The notes beneath the pieces were generated by a model. It searched no databases. It was given only the letters and a program-made list of their open reading frames with translations, and had not been told where the DNA came from. This document shows positions 1-5,446 of a stretch of DNA of 5,446 nt, in pieces. The stretch covers positions 1 to 5,446 of the forward strand of contig NZ_JAEDAM010000067.1 in assembly GCF_018420025.1 (NCBI RefSeq). Direction: 5' to 3'. Source of the stretch: Candidatus Vampirococcus lugosii. GTDB taxonomy: Bacteria; Patescibacteriota; Gracilibacteria; Absconditabacterales; Absconditicoccaceae. Position numbers and translations under genes: made by a program. The number at the start of each line of letters is the position of its first letter. The stretch's first letter is position 1.

Positions 1-462
1 TCAAAACAAGATCCCTCGACTTCGCTCGAGATGACACAAGAAGAGAAATCTTTAGACATTTGATTTAGAGTTTACAAAGTAGATTCTAGTAATATAAAAG
101 ATGTTTATTTTCATCCAAATGATATTGATCAAAAAAAATTATCATTATTGGAAAGTAATATAAAAGAAGATAGAAAAGCTCTTGATTTACTTACTGAAAT
201 TATGCTTGATTTATGACTTACTCTTGATTTATCAATAGAATCCAAAACTATTGCTTGAAATACAGTTTATTTTGTAGCTTGAAATAGTTTAGTTGCTTGT
301 TTTGATGAGTTTATAGATTTTGCAATTGTTGATGAAATAGCAAAATATGAACCTTTGAAAGTAGTTTTTAGAGATTCAAGTTTTAAAAACGATTCTGATA
401 AAATAAATTTTGAAACAAGATTTAAAAAATTGAGTCCTGAAACTGTGATTAGAGTTATTTAG
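1..462 (+). CDS. mod: Type III restriction-modification DNA methyltransferase (Mod), C-terminal 153 codons; the 5' end lies outside the window; translation table 25
   Basis: Frame 1 is open from base 1 to TAG 460-462 when the four in-frame TGA codons (61, 214, 256, 280) are read as Gly. Product: SKQDPSTSLEMTQEEKSLDIGFRVYKVDSSNIKDVYFHPNDIDQKKLSLLESNIKEDRKALDLLTEIMLDLGLTLDLSIESKTIAGNTVYFVAGNSLVACFDEFIDFAIVDEIAKYEPLKVVFRDSSFKNDSDKINFETRFKKLSPETVIRVI. From memory this matches the conserved C-terminal tail of type III Mod-like adenine methylases (GF+V+K+D.SNI ... LG..L...I......G..VY.V..N.L+ACFD ... +VVFRDS.F..D..KIN..Q.FK.LSP.T.++VI). The catalytic motifs are upstream of the window, so the call rests on this tail plus the downstream res gene. 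Confidence 0.75.
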
Positions 463-466
463 TTAG

Positions 467-578
467 TTATAAATTATAAATTTAAAAAAATGTTATTTAA
501 TTTACCAAAAACTTGTTTAGTAGATAAAACTATTCCCAAAAGTAAATTTTTTACAAAAAATCTTATAAATTATAAATT
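467..578 (+). repeat. Exact 16-nt direct repeat TTATAAATTATAAATT bracketing the DUF4391 start codon
   Basis: Copies lie at 467-482 (the mod-DUF4391 gap) and 563-578 (inside the DUF4391 gene, encoding LINYKL). Each copy is itself a tandem duplication of the 7-mer TTATAAA. Read directly from the sequence. Confidence 0.45.
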
Positions 579-1113
579 AAAAGAAAAATTTACATTGCAA
601 ATATCAAAAATTATTTGGAAATATAAATTATCTTGTAATACTTTAAATATTTCTTTTACTGATAAAATAAAAGAAATACAAATATTTGAAATAAAATTAA
701 AACAAAAAATAATACCAAAAAATATTTTAAAAATAATTAATAAAAGTATTCCTTATACTATTTTATATCATTTTAAATTTGATGATAATGAATTTTTTGG
801 AATAAAATTAGAAGATAATAAAAATCAAATTTATTATTTTTCTAATTGGAATGAAAAAATAGATTTTGATTTTAATTGATTAAATCTTGAAATTATTTAT
901 CAAAATATTATAAAATCTTTTATCAAAAATATAAATACAAAAAATAATAATTTTGAAGAAATAATTGAAAAAGATAGAAAAATAAATATCTTAAAAAAAG
1001 AAATATTAAAATTAAAAAGTAATATAAAAAAAGAAAAACAATTTAATAAAAAAGTAGAACTTAATAAAAAATTACAAGAAAAAGAAAAATTGCTTGAATT
1101 CTTAAATAATTAA
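490..1113 (+). CDS. DUF4391-family protein (207 aa) with a Lys/Glu-rich coiled-coil-like C-terminus; function unknown; translation table 25
   Basis: ATG at 490 and TAA at 1111-1113, followed immediately by a second TAA. A single in-frame TGA at 877, read as Gly, joins the 129-aa standard-code ORF to 78 further codons with no TAA or TAG. Sequence: MLFNLPKTCLVDKTIPKSKFFTKN...EIQIFEIKLKQKIIPKNILKIINKSIPYTILYHFKFDDNEFFGIKL...YYFSNWNEKIDFDFNGLNLEIIYQNIIKSF...ILKKEILKLKSNIKKEKQFNKKVELNKKLQEKEKLLEFLNN. Three regions match my memory of Pfam DUF4391 (PF14335, accession from memory): the N-terminal M..LP..T.V.K.IPK.KF, the central E+.+FEI.L......+..I.+.IPY.I+, and the C-terminal KEKQFN+KVELN tail. The start is 27 nt after the mod stop. 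Confidence 0.8.
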
Positions 1114-1152
1114 TAAACAGAATATATTACAGATTTTTTTAATTATCTAATC

Positions 1153-1232
1153 TAAAATTAATTTCATTATATTAAAATTAATGTTAATATTTTTTTAAAG
1201 AATAAAATTATTTCTGTCCTTGAAATTAATTT
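1153..1232. repeat. Cluster of short AT repeats in the DUF4391-ATPase spacer: perfect palindrome AAATTAATTT x2 and direct repeat TAAAATTAAT x2
   Basis: Read directly from the sequence. AAATTAATTT (its own reverse complement) occurs at 1155-1164 and 1223-1232. TAAAATTAAT occurs at 1153-1162 and 1173-1182, exactly 20 bp apart. Confidence 0.5.
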
Positions 1233-1247
1233 ATATTTTTATATAAT
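1220..1247 (+). promoter_or_regulatory. Candidate sigma70-type promoter for the ATPase/nuclease gene
   Basis: TTGAAA (1220-1225), a 16-nt spacer, then TATAAT (1242-1247), ending 52 nt upstream of the ATG at 1300. The 10-bp palindrome AAATTAATTT (1223-1232) overlaps the -35 hexamer and the spacer. In DNA this AT-rich, hexamer matches arise by chance, so confidence is modest. Confidence 0.35.
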
Positions 1248-1299
1248 GAGTTTATTATTTACTGTATAGAAACTAAAAATTTAGGATTTAATCAAAAAA

Positions 1300-2868
1300 A
1301 TGATAAAGAAATTACCAATATGAATACAATCATTTGAAATTATGAGAACAGAAAATCGATTATATATAGATAAAACTTCTAATATAATAAATTTAATAAC
1401 AAAATGAAGTAAATATAATTTTTTATCAAGACCAAGAAGATTTGGTAAATCATTATTAGTAGATACAATAAAATATTTGTATGAAGGAAAAAAAGAATTA
1501 TTTGAATGACTATATGCTGAAAAAAATTGGAATTTTGAAAAAAAAAATCCTGTAATAAAGATTAGTTTTTGATCATGAATTTTGAATATACAAGAATTGG
1601 AAAATAAGTTTGATTCTATAATAAATAATAATTCAAGAAATAATAATATTGATATAAATAAACTAATAGAAAAAAATTATTCAGATAAATTTTTTGAATT
1701 AATAAGAAATATATATGAAAAAACTTGAAAAAAAGTAGTAGTATTAATAGATGAATATGATAAACCAATATTAGATAATATAACAAAAAAAGAACAAGCA
1801 AAACAAATAAGAGATATGTTAAAAAACTTTTATGGAATATTGAAAGATTCAGATCAATATTTGGAATTTGTATTTATTACAGGAGTAAGTAAATTTAGTA
1901 AAGTTAGTTTATTTAGTGGATTAAATAATCTTGAAGATATAACTTTATTAAAAGAAGTATGAGATATATGTTGATATACAGAACAAGAGATAACAGATAA
2001 TTTTCAAGATTATTTGGAATGAATAGATAGACAATATATGAAAAAATGGTATAATTGATTTAATTTTTTGTGAGAAGAAAAAGTATATAATCCTTTTGAT
2101 GTATTATTATTTTTGAAAAATAAAGAATATAAAAATTATTGGTTTGAGACAGCAACACCAACATTTTTGATGAAAATATTGAATGAATCAGAAAAGTTTT
2201 ATCATATACCAGATTTGCAAAATTTATCAGCAGGGGAGGAGCTGATAGGAAGTTTTGATATAGAAAAAATAAATATAGAAACATTACTTTTTCAAACAGG
2301 ATATTTAACTATTAAAGAGAAAATAGATAAATGATTTTGAGTTTGATACAAATTACAGATTCCAAATAAAGAAATAAAAATGAGTTTAAATAAATATATA
2401 TTATATGATTATTTATGAGCAATAAATAAAGAAAATTATTTTGTATTTGCTTGAAAAATATTTTTTGCATTAAAAGATGGGAAAGTAGAAAAATTTATAG
2501 AATTATTAAAAGAATTATTTTCATGAATAGCATATAATCATATACAATATATAGCAAGTTATGAATGATATTATGTAAGTGTGGTATATTCATTATTATA
2601 TAGTATATGATTGGATATAATACAAGAAGATATAACAAATAAATGAAGAATAGATTTAACAATAAAAATATGAGAATATATATTTGTAATAGAATTTAAA
2701 GTATTGAAACAATCAAATATAAAAGAAGAAAATCAAGCAATAAAACAAATAAAAGAAAGATGATATTCTCAAAAATATAAACAAAATTGAAAACAAATAA
2801 TAGAATTATGAATTGATTTTAATTTTCAAAAAAGAAATATTGAAAATTATATAAGTTATAATTTATAA
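1300..2868 (+). CDS. AAA-ATPase-like protein with a C-terminal PD-(D/E)XK nuclease domain (PF09820 + PF08011/PDDEXK_9 architecture), 522 aa; translation table 25
   Basis: ATG at 1300 and TAA at 2866-2868. I checked the frame codon by codon: 24 in-frame TGA, no TAA or TAG. The product begins [63 protein letters not shown]. This is the hallmark N-terminus of the family ([25 protein letters not shown] at 1426-1452). Other family motifs are a Walker B-like [11 protein letters not shown] (1735-1767), [34 protein letters not shown]...[11 protein letters not shown], and the nuclease core [20 protein letters not shown] (D at 2653-2655, E at 2692-2694, K at 2698-2700) followed by IKQIKERGYSQKY. Standard-code ORF 2113-2334 is an internal fragment of this gene in the same frame. 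Confidence 0.9.
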
Positions 2869-2905
2869 TTTATTTTATTATTTTAATCTAATGGAATTAG
2901 TTTTA

Positions 2906-2920
2906 AGAAATATTATTTCT
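2906..2920. repeat. 15-bp palindrome AGAAATA-T-TATTTCT downstream of the ATPase gene (operator-like or weak hairpin)
   Basis: Seven-bp inverted arms (2906-2912 and 2914-2920) flank a single central T. It lies 38 nt after the ATPase stop codon. A 5-bp stem-loop precedes it (CTAAT gga ATTAG, 2888-2900, then TTTT). Both are AT-rich and thermodynamically weak. Confidence 0.3.
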
Positions 2921-3059
2921 AGATTAATTTTTTATTTATGATTTACATTATATTTAAATATTGAAACCAAAGATATTGTTTGAAAGTAGATGAATTAATA
3001 AAATTTTAAATATTAAAAGATAAAAAATAAATCACAATTTACAACTAACAAATAAAATC

Positions 3060-5446
3060 ATGAAACTAAAATTCAAAGAACAACAATATCAAACAGATGC
3101 TAGCAATACAGTAGTTAATTGTTTTTTGTGACAAACAAAATGACTTGATAAATCTATATGAGATAGACAAATTATTGATTATTGAGTTGCTTGAAAACAA
3201 ACTTATGTAGAAGATTTATTTTCCAACAAAAAACTTGAAATTACTCCAGAACAAATTTTAAAAAATGTAAAAAATTTACAACAAGAAAATTGACTTATAG
3301 AATCAAAAACTCTTGATTGAATGAATTTTAGTATAGAGATGGAAACTTGAACTTGAAAAACTTATGTATATACCAAAACTATTTTTGAACTAAATAAACA
3401 ATATGGTTGGAGTAAATTTATTATTATGGTGCCATCTATTGCTATTAGAGAATGAGTAAACAAATCATTGCAAATTACACAAGAACATTTCAATGAAATA
3501 TATTGAAAGAAAATTAGATTTTTTATTTATGATAATAACAATAAATCAAATCTAGTAAATATCAAAAATTTCTCATCTAGTGCAAATATAGAAGTTATGA
3601 TTATGAATTATCAAGCTTTTGCTACCAATAGTAAAGAATCTAGGAAAATATATCAAAATCTTGATACTTTAAATTCTAGAAGACCTATTGATGTTATCAA
3701 AAGAACTCATCCTATTTTGATTATAGATGAACCACAAAGATTTTGAGATAAAGCAGAAAAAACATTAAAAGAATTTAATCCACTTTTTACCATTAGATAT
3801 TCAGCAACTCACAAAAAAGATTTTAATAAAATATATAGACTTGATGCAATAGATGCTTATAATCAAAAACTTGTAAAAAAAATAAATGTAAAATGAATTG
3901 AAGTAGTAGGAAGCACAGCAACTAATAGCTTTTTGTTTCTAGATAGAATAAATATTAGCACAAAAACTTATCCAACAGCTCATATCAAGATGGAAATGGA
4001 AGTCAAAAAAGCTTGATGAATAAAAAGAATTTTAAAAAAAATTAAAGAATGAGATAATCTTTATGAATTATCGTGACAACTTGAACAATACAAACATTTC
4101 GTAGTAAAAGAAATTAATTGATTTACAAATACTGTAAATTTTACAAATGGTGTGACTATATGAGTATGACAAGCTTATGGTAATATAGATGAAGGACATA
4201 TCAGAAGAATACAAATCAGAGAAACTATTAGGACTCATATAGAAAAAGAAAGATTAATGTATAGTAAATGAATAAAAGTATTATCTTTATTTTTTATAGA
4301 TGAAGTATCAAAATATAGAAATTATGATGAAAATGGTAATACTATTCCCTGAGAATATGAAAAAATTTTTGAAGAAGAATATCAAGATTTAATAAAAGAA
4401 ACTACTTTATTTGATGAAGAATATAAAAAATATGTAGAAAAATTTAAAGTATCGCAAATACATAATTGATATTTTTCCGTAGATAAAAAATGAAAATTGA
4501 TAGATTCAAAAGAAAAAAGATGAAGTGAATGAAGTGATGATGTATCAGCTTATGATTTAATAATGAAAGATAAAGAAAAATTATTGAGTTTTTGAGAACC
4601 AACAAGATTTATATTTTCTCATAGTGCTTTGAGAGAATGATGGGACAATCCAAATGTTTTTCAAATATGTACTTTGAGAATGAGTCAATCAAGTATTAGC
4701 AAAAGACAAGAAATATGAAGATGATTAAGAATTTGTGTAAATGCAAATTGAGAAAGAATGGATTATAATAATTTGGAAGATAATTTTTTTGATTACAATA
4801 CACTTACTGTAATAGCAAATGAATCTTATGAAAATTTTGCTCGTGAATTGCAAACTGAAATACTTGATTCTATTTCAAATAGACCTATTGCAATTACTGC
4901 TGAAACATTGAAATGAAGAGTTTTCAAAAATGAATCTTGAGAAAAATATATTTTTGATGATAAAAAATCAATGGATTTGATTATAGAGTTGAGACAAAAT
5001 TGATATTTGGATAGTGAATATAAAGTTACTAGTAAATTTATTACAGATATTGAAACAAATAATTTTCAAGCACCAAAAGAATTAAAATGATTTGAGAAAG
5101 ATTTGTTGAAATTTGTAAACGATGTTTATAGTATGGATAATTTCAAAGCTGTAGAAAATGCAAAAGATGAAAATGTTTTTGAAAAAATATTAAAACCAAA
5201 TGATAATTTTTACAAAAAAGAATTTCAAGAATTATGGAACAAAATAAATCATAAAACTACTTATAAAGTACATTTTAATACTTCTGAACTTATAGAAAAT
5301 AGTGTAAATGCTATTAATTGAAAACTTGAAGTAAATCAAATAAATGTAATTATATGAACTTGAAGTCAACAAGACAATATTGATCAAGAAAGTTTAAAAA
5401 CAAATACGAGTATTAAAAGACTTGATAAACAAACACAAACTACAAA
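3060..5446 (+). CDS. res: Type III restriction enzyme Res subunit (SF2 helicase/ATPase), N-terminal 795 codons; the 3' end and the expected C-terminal endonuclease domain lie outside the window; translation table 25
   Basis: ATG at 3060 is the first start after an in-frame TAA at 3021. I checked the frame codon by codon to 5444: 38 in-frame TGA, no TAA or TAG. The N-terminus [25 protein letters not shown] is typical of type III Res. Walker A is [22 protein letters not shown] (ETGTGKT at 3342-3362, both Gly encoded by TGA). Motif II is [11 protein letters not shown] (DEPQ at 3726-3737). Further matches are [36 protein letters not shown] (4611-4676) and motif VI KRQEIGRGLRICVN (QEIGRGLR at 4707-4730). 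Standard-code ORF 5103-5321 is an internal fragment in the same frame. Confidence 0.93.

Noticed and set aside
131-138. A8 tract in mod as a phase-variation switch (phasevarion-style)
   Set aside because: It is short for a slippage-prone tract, it encodes an ordinary Gln-Lys-Lys, and it sits near the 3' end, where a frameshift would remove only the C-terminal tail. No tetra- or pentanucleotide repeats are visible in the part of mod present.
1616-1801. Minus-strand ORF of 61 aa ([17 protein letters not shown]...)
   Set aside because: It is a low-complexity Leu/Phe/Tyr/Ile string antisense to the Lys/Asn/Glu-rich ATPase gene. It has no recognisable motif and lies entirely inside a well-supported plus-strand CDS, so it is a typical shadow ORF of AT-rich DNA.
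2060-2284. Minus-strand ORF of 74 aa ([14 protein letters not shown]...)
   Set aside because: For the same reason, it is an antisense shadow of the ATPase CDS with low-complexity hydrophobic composition and no independent support.
1147-2920. Possible target-site duplication or terminal repeats flanking the ATPase cassette (TAATCTAA at 1147-1154 and 2884-2891; ATTATTTCT at 1207-1215 and 2912-2920)
   Set aside because: These are only 8-9-mers with different spacing on the two sides. They are well within chance expectation for AT-rich spacers, and no transposase, integrase or inverted termini are seen.
2891-2989. Small 32-codon ORF in the ATPase-res spacer under table 25 (MELVLRNIISRLIFYLGFTLYLNIETKDIVGK)
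   Set aside because: I estimate roughly a 7% chance per start of staying open this long at this composition. It has no upstream ribosome-binding or A-tract signal like the real genes, and no recognisable family. It is not excluded as a small hydrophobic peptide, but it is unsupported.
2961-3059. A promoter for res in the 191-bp spacer (TTGAAA at 2961-2966 and 2980-2985)
   Set aside because: Neither -35-like hexamer has an acceptable -10 hexamer at 16-18 nt spacing, so I could not support a call. The res gene may use a non-canonical promoter or read-through transcription.
3342-4730. Translation table 4 (TGA = Trp, Mycoplasma/Spiroplasma-like), suggested by the low GC content
   Set aside because: It would give Walker A WTWKT, motif VI IWRWLR and REWWDNP. 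Trp is already encoded by TGG at conserved Trp positions (YGWSK, EGWDNP, NYWFE). Gly fits every conserved column I can recognise.
1-5446. Interpretation as a decayed, pseudogene-filled or non-coding region, because the standard-code track shows only five short ORFs
   Set aside because: Only TGA interrupts the long frames, 67 times, and TAA or TAG never do. The TGAs coincide with invariant glycines of the ATPase, helicase and nuclease motifs. Random decay would introduce all three stop codons plus frameshifts.
1-5446. TGA as selenocysteine
   Set aside because: There are 67 occurrences in four unrelated, non-redox proteins at glycine motif positions. I noticed no recurring SECIS-like hairpins downstream.
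1-5446. CRISPR arrays, tRNA/rRNA genes, integrase or transposase genes
   Set aside because: I found no repeat-spacer periodicity, no GC-rich cloverleaf-like segments and no recombinase-like translation in any frame. Coding sequence on the plus strand accounts for about 92% of the window.

Overview
This AT-rich 5.4-kb window (roughly three-quarters or more A+T by eye) only makes sense under translation table 25, where TGA encodes Gly, as in Gracilibacteria (BD1-5) and Absconditabacteria (SR1) CPR bacteria. The supplied standard-code ORF track is therefore misleading. Three of its ORFs are fragments of larger genes and two are antisense artefacts. Reading TGA as a sense codon gives four plus-strand genes that fill the window. 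They are the 3' end of a type III R-M methyltransferase (mod, 1-462), a DUF4391-family protein (490-1113), an AAA-ATPase fused to a PD-(D/E)XK nuclease domain (1300-2868), and a type III restriction helicase subunit (res, 3060 to beyond 5446). By hand count these frames hold 67 TGA codons and no internal TAA or TAG. The TGAs fall on invariant glycines: Walker A ETGTGKT, helicase motif VI QEIGRGLR, and REGWDNP, where TGA sits directly before a TGG Trp codon. This excludes pseudogenes, selenocysteine and table 4 (TGA = Trp). The main point of interest is the architecture: mod and res are separated by two extra genes. DUF4391 is tightly linked to mod. The ATPase/nuclease sits between two ~190-bp spacers and has its own sigma70-like promoter overlapped by a palindromic operator-like repeat. 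It may be a four-component type III-derived defence locus, or a type III+DUF4391 system carrying an inserted ATPase-nuclease cassette. I saw no tRNA, rRNA, CRISPR array or transposase. Limits: all family assignments rest on motif recognition from memory, no searches were run, the methylase catalytic motifs lie upstream of the window, and the Res nuclease domain lies downstream.
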